Shown in pieces: positions 11,119-19,642 of a stretch of 64,000 nucleotides of DNA. Made by a program: the position numbers and the translations under genes. The stretch is from Candidatus Brocadiia bacterium JP1 (GTDB taxonomy: Bacteria > Planctomycetota > Brocadiia > Brocadiales > Bathyanammoxibiaceae). The stretch covers positions 12,109-76,108 of the forward strand of contig JBMFFR010000006.1 of the NCBI GenBank assembly GCA_051388875.1, given 5' to 3'. The first letter of the stretch is position 1. Every line of letters starts with the position of its first letter. The notes under the pieces are model-generated. The model had not been told where the DNA came from. It did no database searches and saw only the letters and a list, made by a program, of their open reading frames with translations.

Positions 11119-12162
11119 ATGAAAGCATTACTATTCCAGAAGAAGCTTAAATATAAAAAAGATTATCTCAAACCAAAAAGGACAGGGGGCGAGGCGCTGA
11201 TAAGGGTTTTAAAGACTGGTATATGTAATACAGATATTGAAATAATAAGTGGCTATATGGCCTTTAAGGGTGTTTTAGGGCACGAGTTTGTGGGGGTTGT
11301 GGAAGAGGCGGAGGATAAAGCCTGGATAGGAAAAAGGGTAGTGGGGGAGATAAACTGCTCTTGTGGGCAGTGTGAATATTGTCGGCAGGGATTAAGGAAT
11401 CACTGTCCGAGTAGGAGCGTGTTAGGCATCCTAGGTAAGGATGGGGCTTTTGCAGAGTATATTACGTTGCCGAGCGTTAATCTCCATGAGTTACCTAGCT
11501 CTGTATCCGACCTCCAAGCCGTCTTCATTGAACCACTTGCAGCAGCATTCAGGATACTGGAACAGGTTGATATTGGCCCAAAGCATAAAGTGGTAGTCAT
11601 CGGGGCTGGAAAGCTAGGTCTGCTCGTATCCCAGGTAATTGCCGGGACCGATTGTGATCTGACCGTAATTGGAAAGTATCCCGAAAAACTGGCAATTCTC
11701 ACCAAAAAAGGGGTTAAGACCGTTCTTTTTCAGGAAGTAACCCGGCAGGCCTCTGCTTCTGAGATAGAAGATGACTTGGAGACCCTCCCAAACTTATCCA
11801 AGCAATCACCCCAGGTAAAACCTTACAACTATTGTCAACAATTTGACTTATGTATAGATTGCACTGGCTCCCCTACCGGTATAGAAATGGCGATAAACCT
11901 TGTAAAACCAATGGGTAAGATTATATTAAAGAGTACCTTTGCTAGGGGAAAATCGCTTAATCTCAGCCCCTTGGTGGTCAACGAAGTAATGTTACTGGGT
12001 TCCAGGTGTGGTCCTTTTAGGCAGGCAATCAAGGCCATTGAAGAAGGTTCAGTAGAAGTAAGTGCTTTGGTAGAAGGAGCTTACGACTTAGAAAACTGGA
12101 AAGAGGGCTTTAAGCTGGCTTCTAAAAGGGGTGCTCTCAAGGTTGTAATAAATTTAACTTAA
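11119..12162 (+). CDS. Zinc-dependent alcohol/threonine-dehydrogenase family oxidoreductase
   Basis: 347 aa with GHEFVGVV, the structural-zinc cluster CSCGQCEYCRQGLRNHC, and the GAGKLG Rossmann motif. An extra ~30-aa acidic/polar segment sits after the Rossmann region. Confidence 0.8.
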   Translation: MKALLFQKKLKYKKDYLKPKRTGGEALIRVLKTGICNTDIEIISGYMAFKGVLGHEFVGVVEEAEDKAWIGKRVVGEINCSCGQCEYCRQGLRNHCPSRSVLGILGKDGAFAEYITLPSVNLHELPSSVSDLQAVFIEPLAAAFRILEQVDIGPKHKVVVIGAGKLGLLVSQVIAGTDCDLTVIGKYPEKLAILTKKGVKTVLFQEVTRQASASEIEDDLETLPNLSKQSPQVKPYNYCQQFDLCIDCTGSPTGIEMAINLVKPMGKIILKSTFARGKSLNLSPLVVNEVMLLGSRCGPFRQAIKAIEEGSVEVSALVEGAYDLENWKEGFKLASKRGALKVVINLT

Positions 12163-12244
12163 GTTCGGTTGTCCGCTGCTTTTGCAATAATACAGTGTGC
12201 AGGTATTGTATTTTGTTGAAAAAAAGAAAAGATTATCAAGCTAC

Positions 12245-12451
12245 CTAGAACTTACTATACTCTACTTTGTATTGTAAACGCTTGATATTTTTCAACCTAC
12301 GACTTTCTTCCCTTCTCCGCCTCTCCGAAGGTTTCTCGTAATAGGCATTTCGCCTAAATTCGTTGATAATACCCTCTTTGTCACACATTTTCTTAAACCT
12401 TCTGAGGGCTTCTCTTAGACTTTCCTCGCCAGTTATTAATATTTTTGCCAC
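12245..12451 (-). CDS. rpsU: 30S ribosomal protein S21
   Basis: 68 aa, with ...LREALRRFKKMCDKEGIINEFRRNAYYEKPSERRRRE..., the typical S21 sequence. Confidence 0.9.
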   Translation of the reverse strand: MAKILITGEESLREALRRFKKMCDKEGIINEFRRNAYYEKPSERRRREESRRLKNIKRLQYKVEYSKF

Positions 12452-12946
12452 TAGATTTTTTCACCCCGTTTCTTTTTAATGGGCCACTATTGGGAATTTT
12501 AAATATTATATTATAAAAATCATGCAGGTCAAGGAACAAATTTTGAGCTTTGCGCAAAAACCAAAAGTGTTTTCAAAAAATCTCTACGGTGGTGGAAAAG
12601 AGATTTGCTGCTTTCTTTTTAATAAAATTCCCATTGGTCACTTTTTAAATGAGGGAGTTGAAGGAATAAAATGCGAGAAGTGAATTTAGTGCCACATTTT
12701 TGGTAAATGGAGAAATTTTTATAAGCATTTTTTAGTTAAACAATTTTTTAGGTTTTAGAGTTTTCATATAAACGACCAATTGTTTTTACTTGACAATAGT
12801 GATGGTGTATGCTAAGTGTTTTTCTGGGCTTAACTCTTAAAAAGGGAAAACTTAAATAGGAGGATACCTAACTTTACCAACTTTTTGGTATCGGTCTAAA
12901 TATTTTTTCTTACAAGGTCTAAACGATAATACTGGGGGAACTCATA

Positions 12947-13186
12947 ATGGCTAAAATTTCTAAATCAGCTAAATTGAAAAAGTGGACTAAGCAGGAGCTT
13001 GATACGCTAAGGAGAGAATATCCTAAGACGGATACAAAGCTACTGGCCAAAAAGATGGGAAGGAGCCTTGAGGCGGTGCGCTTTAAGGCCAAAAGCTTCG
13101 GGTTGAAAAAGACAAGGACATACATGGAGGCGCTGTACAACAAGGCCAGGAAGGCAGGAAAGAAAGGCGCAGGAAGGAAACGATAG
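12947..13186 (+). CDS. Small basic Myb/SANT-like helix-turn-helix protein
   Basis: 79 aa. KKWTKQELDTLRREYPKTDTKLLAKKMGRSLEAVRFKAKSFGLKK resembles a single Myb-like repeat, and the tail is Lys/Arg-rich. A gggggaactcataATG RBS-like sequence precedes it. Confidence 0.5.
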   Translation: MAKISKSAKLKKWTKQELDTLRREYPKTDTKLLAKKMGRSLEAVRFKAKSFGLKKTRTYMEALYNKARKAGKKGAGRKR

Positions 13187-13194
13187 TAGGCGTG

Positions 13195-14199
13195 ATGACC
13201 CGCAGATTTTCGCCGGTTTTTATCTGCTTGCTTTTAGTCATTTCTCACACTCCCGCTAACGGTGGTATCTTTGGCAGTTCGGACGGACAAAAGGAAGGCA
13301 CTGCCCTTGTAGAACTAAGGAACGCCAGTGAATCACTAGGGGATGTCCAATTCAATCATCCTTATTTTATTACTGAGGAAAGATTATATGTAATTTTTTC
13401 TTCTTTATCGTATCGGGAAAAAGGGGTGGTGAAAAAAAAGGCCAGAAAACGTATTTTCTTAAATAAAGAACTGCGCGAGATTGTCCCCATTATAGTGGAA
13501 TCCTTGTCAAAGGCAGACCCACGTAAAATAGTTTTTGTATCAATAACATCAGAAAGTGGTTTTCTACAAGACCGGCAAAACACCTTCAGCCTTTTTGTAT
13601 TAGGAAAGGAATTGCATGTGGCCTTCAGCCAGGTACGGACGCGAAAGGAGTTACCCCCCAGCTTTAAGGACTGGAAGGTAAGTGGCAACACCCCTGATCC
13701 TACCACTGTTAAAAGTCATGGCTTCTGGGAACTTGTCCCAGGTAAAGGCCAACGGCTAAAAGAAGACAATGACAACTGGCTTATTATTGACGTAGAGAAC
13801 AAAGTCTTTGAGCCTGTGGCTAGGGTTAAGGAGGAGGAAATTACCACCAGTCCACTTATTGAGGAGAGGCTGCGACGGCTTGAGGAAAAGATGGGTCTAT
13901 CTTCGGCTGGAAAGGAGGACGAAACTGCCCAAGCAACACCTAGTGAACCTCCCAAAAAAGTGGCTCCTTCCGACACAACGCTAACCGATAGGATGCGCGA
14001 GCTAAAGACTATGCTGGACGAAGAACTAATCTCCTTTACAGATTACGAAAAAAAGAAACGTGAAATACTCCAGGAAGAACCCCCAGAGGGGAAAAGCATA
14101 CCTGATATACTAAAGGAACTAAAAGACCTTAAAGATGTGGGATTAATTACTGAAAAGGATTTTGAGCAGTGGAAGGCTAAACTTTTGGAGAAGTTCTAG
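13195..14199 (+). CDS. Secreted protein of unknown function with two C-terminal SHOCT-like motifs
   Basis: It has a signal-peptide-like N-terminus (FSPVFICLLLVISHTPANG). The C-terminus carries two short repeats, MRELKTMLDEELISFTDYEKKKREIL and ILKELKDLKDVGLITEKDFEQWKAKLL, matching the SHOCT pattern. Confidence 0.6.
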   Translation: MTRRFSPVFICLLLVISHTPANGGIFGSSDGQKEGTALVELRNASESLGDVQFNHPYFITEERLYVIFSSLSYREKGVVKKKARKRIFLNKELREIVPIIVESLSKADPRKIVFVSITSESGFLQDRQNTFSLFVLGKELHVAFSQVRTRKELPPSFKDWKVSGNTPDPTTVKSHGFWELVPGKGQRLKEDNDNWLIIDVENKVFEPVARVKEEEITTSPLIEERLRRLEEKMGLSSAGKEDETAQATPSEPPKKVAPSDTTLTDRMRELKTMLDEELISFTDYEKKKREILQEEPPEGKSIPDILKELKDLKDVGLITEKDFEQWKAKLLEKF

Positions 14200-14299
14200 G
14201 CAAGGTTGGCACATCGCTCCATCTGAAATTGTTGATAATTTTGGACAGGTCTTGGTCTAAAAGACCCGCCCATACACTAAAGGTATGCCTTGTAAGTAT

Positions 14300-14328
14300 T
14301 TGACAATACACAACTTACAACATATTCT
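14300..14328 (+). promoter_or_regulatory. Candidate sigma70-type promoter (TTGACA-17-TATTCT)
   Basis: TTGACA is at 14300-14305, followed by a 17-nt spacer and TATTCT at 14323-14328. This is ~70 nt upstream of the FmdB-like gene. Confidence 0.4.
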
Positions 14329-14397
14329 GGTTTTAGTCCAAAACGTCAGATTAATATCTGCTTGATTTCTAAAAGAGATTAGGGTAAAAATTATTCC

Positions 14398-14628
14398 ATG
14401 CCTATATACGAATTCCAATGTTGTAGATGTTCCTCCAAATTTGAGGAGTATTTTGCCAGTTCTTCACAAAACAGGGGCGTAAAATGCCCCAAATGTGGTT
14501 GTGAAAAGGCCACAAAAGTATTTTCGGTGTTTGGCATGGGTGGAAGCGGTGGCAATGGAGACTCAATCGCAAGCTCCAGCTCGGCATGTAGTTCTTGTTC
14601 TTCTTCCTGTTGTTCTACATGCGGCTAA
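14398..14628 (+). CDS. FmdB-family zinc-ribbon protein (CxxC...CxxC with Ser/Cys-rich tail)
   Basis: 76 aa starting MPIYEFQCCRCSSKFE...VKCPKCG, with a Ser/Cys-rich tail ending SSSACSSCSSSCCSTCG. Confidence 0.8.
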   Translation: MPIYEFQCCRCSSKFEEYFASSSQNRGVKCPKCGCEKATKVFSVFGMGGSGGNGDSIASSSSACSSCSSSCCSTCG

Positions 14629-14658
14629 GCTAAATCCCGCACAAAAGATACCTTTCCA

Positions 14659-15126
14659 GTGAAACAGCTTTGGGCTCCTTGGCGACATGAGTACATCCTT
14701 TCAGAAAAGAAAGGATGCATCTTTTGCCAAGCTGTAACGGATACACAGGATGATAAAAACCTCGTACTCTATCGGGGCAAGGAGTGTTTTGTCATCCTCA
14801 ATAAATACCCCTACAATTATGGCCATCTTATGATAGCTCCAATCAAGCATAAGTTTAGCCTGAAAGACCTTACAGAAGAAGAGATGCTGGAAAGCATGCA
14901 ACTCCTCAGCAAGGCACAGACGATTTTAGAACAACAGCTAAAACCCGAAGGATTCAACATCGGGGTTAACCTGGGCAAGGCAGCCGGGGCAGGCGAAGTA
15001 CACCTGCATTTTCACATTGTGCCCCGTTGGGTGGGTGATACCAACTACATGCCTGTCCTGGGGGAGGCGAAGGTTATCTCTCAATACCTCTCAGAGTTAC
15101 TTACCAAGTTAAAAGGCTTATTCTAG
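14659..15126 (+). CDS. HIT-family nucleotide hydrolase/transferase
   Basis: 155 aa with the N-terminal WAPWRHEYI motif and the histidine triad VHLHFHIVPRW. Confidence 0.85.
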   Translation: MKQLWAPWRHEYILSEKKGCIFCQAVTDTQDDKNLVLYRGKECFVILNKYPYNYGHLMIAPIKHKFSLKDLTEEEMLESMQLLSKAQTILEQQLKPEGFNIGVNLGKAAGAGEVHLHFHIVPRWVGDTNYMPVLGEAKVISQYLSELLTKLKGLF

Positions 15127-16272
15127 ATGTTCTCACGCAAAGATATAGAAGTAAGGGAAGAAAGGGGGCTAGCTGATTACGCCGCTAAAAGTAAAGACTC
15201 AAAGGGGCGTAAATACCTGGAGGAGGAGCACCTTTACCGTAGCATATACCAGAGGGACAAAGACAGAATCATTCATAGTACCGCCTTTAGACGACTTGAA
15301 TATAAGACACAGGTATTCGTAAACCACGAGGGCGATTATTATCGTACCAGGCTCACCCATACTATTGAAGTGTCGCAGATTTCAAGATGCCTGACCAGGG
15401 CCTTAAACCTCAATGAGGACCTAACAGAGGCCATCGCCCTGGCCCATGACCTGGGCCATACCCCTTTCGGTCACTCAGGAGAAGAGGCCCTGAGCAAGCT
15501 CATGAAGGAGCATGGGGGCTTTGAGCATAATCAGCACGCACTCAGGGTAGTGGATATACTGGAAAAGAGATACCCCAATTTCCCAGGTCTCAACCTTTCC
15601 TGGGAGGTCAGGGAATCTATAGTAAAACACGATGTTTCTAAGGTGGTGCCAAAAGAATTCAATCCGCAGGAAAAACCCCTCTTGGAAGCACAGGTAGTAG
15701 ATAAGGCGGATTCTATTGCTTACGATACCCATGACCTGGATGACAGTCTCAAGGCGGGCCTTATCTCCGAGGAAGCACTCCAAGAGGTGGAGCTATGGCA
15801 CCATGCTTTAAAAAAAGTTACAAGTAAGTGGGCCAATCTTAATAGTGATAGTAAAAGGGCCCAAGCCATCATCTTTCTCATAAACTTTCAAGTTACGGAT
15901 TTGATAGAAAATACCCTGAAAAACCTAAAAGACGCAGGTATAAGCAGTACTGAAGACGTAAGGCGCTGTCCCAAACTACTGGTGGACTTTTCCCCGGAGG
16001 TCTTGGAAAAGAAAAAAGAGCTAGAGCAGTTTCTACGCGAAAATGTTTACATGCATTATAGAGTGGCCCGCATGGCTGATAAGGCCAGGCGGTTTGTAGA
16101 GGAACTCTTTAAGGCCTTTGTGGCTAATCCCAGACAGCTCCCCCCAGATTTCCAGGCCTGGACACAGGAAGTGGGGGTGCACAGAGGGGTTTGCGATTAC
16201 GTCGCAGGAATGACAGACCGCTACGCACAAGACGAGTACCTCAGATTATTCCAGCCTTATGAGAGGGTATAA
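15127..16272 (+). CDS. dgt: dGTP triphosphohydrolase-like HD-domain protein
   Basis: 381 aa with FRRLEYKTQVF, RLTHTIEV and the HD motif AHDLGHTPFGH. It starts directly after the HIT stop (tagATG). Confidence 0.85.
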   Translation: MFSRKDIEVREERGLADYAAKSKDSKGRKYLEEEHLYRSIYQRDKDRIIHSTAFRRLEYKTQVFVNHEGDYYRTRLTHTIEVSQISRCLTRALNLNEDLTEAIALAHDLGHTPFGHSGEEALSKLMKEHGGFEHNQHALRVVDILEKRYPNFPGLNLSWEVRESIVKHDVSKVVPKEFNPQEKPLLEAQVVDKADSIAYDTHDLDDSLKAGLISEEALQEVELWHHALKKVTSKWANLNSDSKRAQAIIFLINFQVTDLIENTLKNLKDAGISSTEDVRRCPKLLVDFSPEVLEKKKELEQFLRENVYMHYRVARMADKARRFVEELFKAFVANPRQLPPDFQAWTQEVGVHRGVCDYVAGMTDRYAQDEYLRLFQPYERV

Positions 16273-16295
16273 CCTCTAATTGCAAATTATGGATT

Positions 16296-16523
16296 GAGAC
16301 CTCTGCAAAAGTCAATTTATCAGATGCAGTCATTCTGAGCGAAGCGAAGAATCTGACCCAAAGGGTCATTCTGAACGAAGTGAAGAATCTAGACCCTTCC
16401 CCTTCGTTTCACTCAGGGTCAGGGTGACACTTCGTGTCAGATTCTTCAGTCGCTACGCTCCCTCAGACTCCGTCCTGAGAGGAACGAAGGAATGACAGAT
16501 GAGCGGAGTTTTTCAGAGGTCTA
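16296..16523. repeat. Nested-palindrome intergenic element, copy 1 (TIR GAGACCTCTGCAAAA / TTTTTCAGAGGTCTA; inner GTCATTCTGAGCGAAGCGAAGAATCTGAC units)
   Basis: Two direct inner units lie at 16329-16357 and 16365-16394, with inverted partners at ~16402-16418 and 16436-16468. A further partial unit lies at 16469-16497. The outer arms match 13/15 as reverse complements. Confidence 0.8.
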
Positions 16524-16543
16524 GGATTATAAATTTTAAAAGC

Positions 16544-17242
16544 ATGAATGCCTCTGTGATAATAGTTGCCGCAGGGTTGGGACTCAGGATGGGTGGACCA
16601 GTAAAAAAACCTTATATAGAACTAGAAGGAAAACCCCTCTTCCTAAGGAGTATAGAAAAATTTATAGGGCTGGATGCGGTAACCGAGATAATTCTAGTGG
16701 TGGGTGGCCCGGAGGTAGAGTATATTAAGTCCCAGTGGGGTGATGCCATTTCTAAATACACCATTCCAGTGAAAATAGTAGAAGGGGGCAGAAGGAGGCA
16801 GGATAGCGTTTACAACGGCCTTCAGAATATAGACGATAGCACGGCAGTAATCCTTGTTCATGATGCGGTAAGACCCCTGGTTGACCGTCAGGTAATAGAG
16901 AATGTTATAAAAATAGCCAGGGAGAGGGGGGCCGCCATTCCGGCCGTACCTGTTCAGGCTACACTAAAAGCGGTTGATAACCAGCGGAGGATAATTCGTA
17001 CAGTAAGCAGGGAGGCACTCTGTATGGCCCAGACCCCCCAGGGTTTCAGAAAAGAAATCCTGTTAAGGGCCTATGATGCCTTGGCAGAAACCGGGGAAGA
17101 GGTCACGGACGATGCACAGGCGGTAGAAAAGCTGGGCTATCCAGTGGAAATAGTCCCTGATAGCTCCTCCAATATAAAAATAACCACCCCCGAAGACCTG
17201 CGACTGGCAAAGGCCCTGCTGAGACAGGATACCTATCAATAG
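16544..17242 (+). CDS. ispD: 2-C-methyl-D-erythritol 4-phosphate cytidylyltransferase
   Basis: MNASVIIVAAGLGLRMGG...VHDAVRP...TPQGF motifs. I use the ATG at 16544 because the track start (16499) lies inside the repeat element. Confidence 0.88.
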   Translation: MNASVIIVAAGLGLRMGGPVKKPYIELEGKPLFLRSIEKFIGLDAVTEIILVVGGPEVEYIKSQWGDAISKYTIPVKIVEGGRRRQDSVYNGLQNIDDSTAVILVHDAVRPLVDRQVIENVIKIARERGAAIPAVPVQATLKAVDNQRRIIRTVSREALCMAQTPQGFRKEILLRAYDALAETGEEVTDDAQAVEKLGYPVEIVPDSSSNIKITTPEDLRLAKALLRQDTYQ

Positions 17243-17274
17243 CCTTGCCACCTTACTCCATTCTTACATAGTAA

Positions 17275-17787
17275 CTAATAGCTGGGCTCTTTTGGCTCGG
17301 TAATTGAAAGGTCTCGTTCCCATCCCTCGTTCTCCAGCTTGATACTCTCAATAGCCACTGCACTGGCGTTACCATCCAGGTTTGGTAGGGCCTGGTACTC
17401 TGAGACCCAGCAGCGGTAGACCTTGTAGGCTAGTGCTACCTGTCCAGCCTCGTTTAAAAATTCAATGATAATATCCTTTCGGAAGTTGGCCAGTGAGACC
17501 TCTGCACCGGGTGCACCACTTAGATTCCACACCTTGTTGGCCCAGGTTTCAAATTCCACGTCGTGGGTTATTCCACGCTCAAGGGTGATTGGCTCATATT
17601 TTGTTCGGCCGGGGGATTTATGACTGGTGCTTGGGTCACCTCCCTCGCGATGCTCTACCACATCTGTTACACGCTTAAGGGCACTAACCTTGCTGATGCC
17701 AGCAACATAGCGGCCATCCCATTTAACACGGAACTTGAAGTTTTTGTAGGGGTCTAAACGCTCTGGGTTTACATTAAACTGTGCCAT
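17275..17787 (-). CDS. Contractile-tail tube protein homologue (T4 gp19 / Afp1 / PVC1-like 'phage tail region protein')
   Basis: 170 aa. ...DPYKNFKFRVKWDGRYVAGISKVSALKRVTDVVEHREGGDPSTSHKSPGRTKYEPITLERGITHD..FETW fits the tail-tube family pattern as I recall it. It has its own aaggaga RBS. Confidence 0.7.
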   Translation of the reverse strand: MAQFNVNPERLDPYKNFKFRVKWDGRYVAGISKVSALKRVTDVVEHREGGDPSTSHKSPGRTKYEPITLERGITHDVEFETWANKVWNLSGAPGAEVSLANFRKDIIIEFLNEAGQVALAYKVYRCWVSEYQALPNLDGNASAVAIESIKLENEGWERDLSITEPKEPSY

Positions 17788-17888
17788 GAACGTGTCTCCT
17801 TAGAGTGAAGAGTGCCTGTAATAATAAGCTGATGTTTGGCTGCGGTTTTCTGCTCCAGTCCCCCTGCCGTGTCATAACTTTTACTGGT

Positions 17889-18737
17889 CTAGTTTTTCTT
17901 TCCCAGTATCTCCAGGATTTGCGCCTGAGTTTGCAAAGTTGCTTGGCAGCCGGGTTCTATTTCCAGAGAGGCGTTACAACACTCCAGGGCCTCCTCGTAC
18001 CTGCCCAATTCCTTCAGTACCTCGGCCTTACCGCTTAGGGCATCCGCAAAGTTCTGGGCACGCTCCAGGGCTAAATCAAAACACTTGAGGGCCTCTGCGT
18101 CCCTCCTCAAATGATGGAGGGCGTGTCCCAGATTATACCAGGCACCAGGGGATTTAGGGTCAGCCTCTACTATCTGCCCGAAGTAGTCAAGTGCCTCCTC
18201 ATATCTGCCCATATCCCTGTAGGCAATACCGATGTTAAACCAGACATCCTTGGATGAAGGGTCAATCTCAAGGGCCTTATTATAAGCCTCCAGGGCTTCC
18301 TCATATCTCTTAAGGCACATAAGGGCGTTACCCTTTCCATTCCAGGCATAGCCATTCTTTGGATGGATAGCGATAGCATTATTATAACTTTCCAGAGCCT
18401 CAGAGTAGCCCTTCATAATCATCAGTACGTTACCCTTTCCACACCATGCAAAGGCGTACTTGGAGTCTATTTCCAGGACCTTATCAAAGCACTCAAGGGC
18501 CTCCTTATTTTTACATAAGGCTGCCAGTGTGTTACCCTTGTTGTTCCACGCATGTACGTGTTGGGGGTCTTGTGCCAGGACCTTATTATAGGCGTCCAGT
18601 GCCTCAGTGTAACGTCCTGCCGAGGCAAAAAAATTTGCCTTATTGAATAAGGTGGCTGCGTCCTCTTCGGCAAAAATACGATTTAGTTGAAAAGGGTTAC
18701 AGATGAACAAAATTAATAGTGCATAAATTGTCTTCAC
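17889..18737 (-). CDS. Secreted tetratricopeptide-repeat (TPR) protein
   Basis: 282 aa with a signal-peptide-like N-terminus, followed by ~7 consecutive 34-aa TPR units (A..YN.G..L...G.Y.EAL..Y.KALEIDP). Confidence 0.85.
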   Translation of the reverse strand: MKTIYALLILFICNPFQLNRIFAEEDAATLFNKANFFASAGRYTEALDAYNKVLAQDPQHVHAWNNKGNTLAALCKNKEALECFDKVLEIDSKYAFAWCGKGNVLMIMKGYSEALESYNNAIAIHPKNGYAWNGKGNALMCLKRYEEALEAYNKALEIDPSSKDVWFNIGIAYRDMGRYEEALDYFGQIVEADPKSPGAWYNLGHALHHLRRDAEALKCFDLALERAQNFADALSGKAEVLKELGRYEEALECCNASLEIEPGCQATLQTQAQILEILGKKN

Positions 18738-18858
18738 AGATTTATCTCCGCTTTATACCTTATATTATATTGCATGTGCTGAGGATTGATTTTACGTTGT
18801 CAGACTAATTAATTGGGCTTGGAAGATTTTTAAATCCCCCTTGATGTACCAAATTTAG

Positions 18859-18910
18859 GGCGCCTGGCCCGCCAAGGTTGTAATGGGCTTACCTTTGACG
18901 GGCAGGCGCC
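18859..18910 (-). other. GC-rich hairpin just downstream of the ABM gene (possible transcript end or stabiliser)
   Basis: GGCGCCTGGCCCG (18859-18871) pairs with CGGGCAGGCGCC (18899-18910), giving 12 bp with one bulge and a 27-nt loop. No U-run follows on the minus strand, so it is not a canonical intrinsic terminator. Confidence 0.3.
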
Positions 18911-18921
18911 TCTTTAACCCA

Positions 18922-19206
18922 TCACTTAGAGACATACCTCGTAATAGAATGACTCTTCACATACTGTCCTGCCTTGGCCATAACCTGCATATGCTCGGGG
19001 TTGTTTCTCCACGCCTCTATACTGGCCTCACTGTCCCACTCGGACAGGACCAAATACTTGTTCTTCTCTCCCAGGGGGGTAAAGACGCCCAGATAAAGTA
19101 ACCCTTTCTGCTTTTGGGCCAGGGGGAGCGTGGCAGTAGCATCTGCAAGGAAGCCCTGCTCAGTAGCCGGGTCTACTTCAATATGAAATACGCTCAGGAC
19201 AGCCAT
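18922..19206 (-). CDS. Antibiotic-biosynthesis-monooxygenase (ABM) domain protein
   Basis: 94 aa with a ferredoxin-like ABM pattern (...YLVLSEWDSEASIEAWRNNPEHMQV...). Confidence 0.65.
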   Translation of the reverse strand: MAVLSVFHIEVDPATEQGFLADATATLPLAQKQKGLLYLGVFTPLGEKNKYLVLSEWDSEASIEAWRNNPEHMQVMAKAGQYVKSHSITRYVSK

Positions 19207-19642
19207 TGGTTTCCTCCTTCCAATAATTTGAGGTTTCTAAAGGCCATGCACTTGTGTGAATTTCCCATCTATCCCCATCAAAGTCAAGAATATTTTTTCC
19301 CGAGAAGGTGGGGTATATAGGCCAAGGCCAACTTCTACAGTAAGAACGTAAGAACATGGGGGCCGCCGATGCTAGATTAAGCCGCAGCCTTCAACGTGTA
19401 GAGTTCCTGTTTTATGCGGTTCTAGTATTGCAAAAAGGGGGTGTGTATGTGATATATTATTAGGAGAGAAAGAAAGCGAATACGAAATCCATTACTGGAG
19501 CCTTACGATACAGTGAAAGTATTTTAGAAACTTTTTTAATTTTAGTAACATATACTTAATGATCTGGTTATCAGTGGTGCTACTCTATTTGTTCTTATAA
19601 CTACCGTTTTTGTTAATTGAGATAACTAATTGGAGATAACAG

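Noticed and set aside
14398-16272. FmdB-HIT-dGTPase-like operon as a nucleotide-depletion defence system
   Set aside because: dGTPase-like HD proteins of this length and motif set are widespread housekeeping genes. Nothing in the sequence (composition, mobile-element context) marks this copy as accessory.
16291-16528. GGATT direct repeat flanking repeat-element copy 1 as a target-site duplication
   Set aside because: It is only 5 nt long and occurs at only one of the three copies, so it is compatible with chance. I mention it but do not claim it.
19207-19642. Possible cobalamin riboswitch upstream of the B12-radical-SAM gene
   Set aside because: No B12-box-like element or the usual G/C-rich paired regions were seen, and the spacer is A+T-rich. 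A 35-codon ORF at 19356-19463 has no RBS. cmscan with RF00174 would be decisive.
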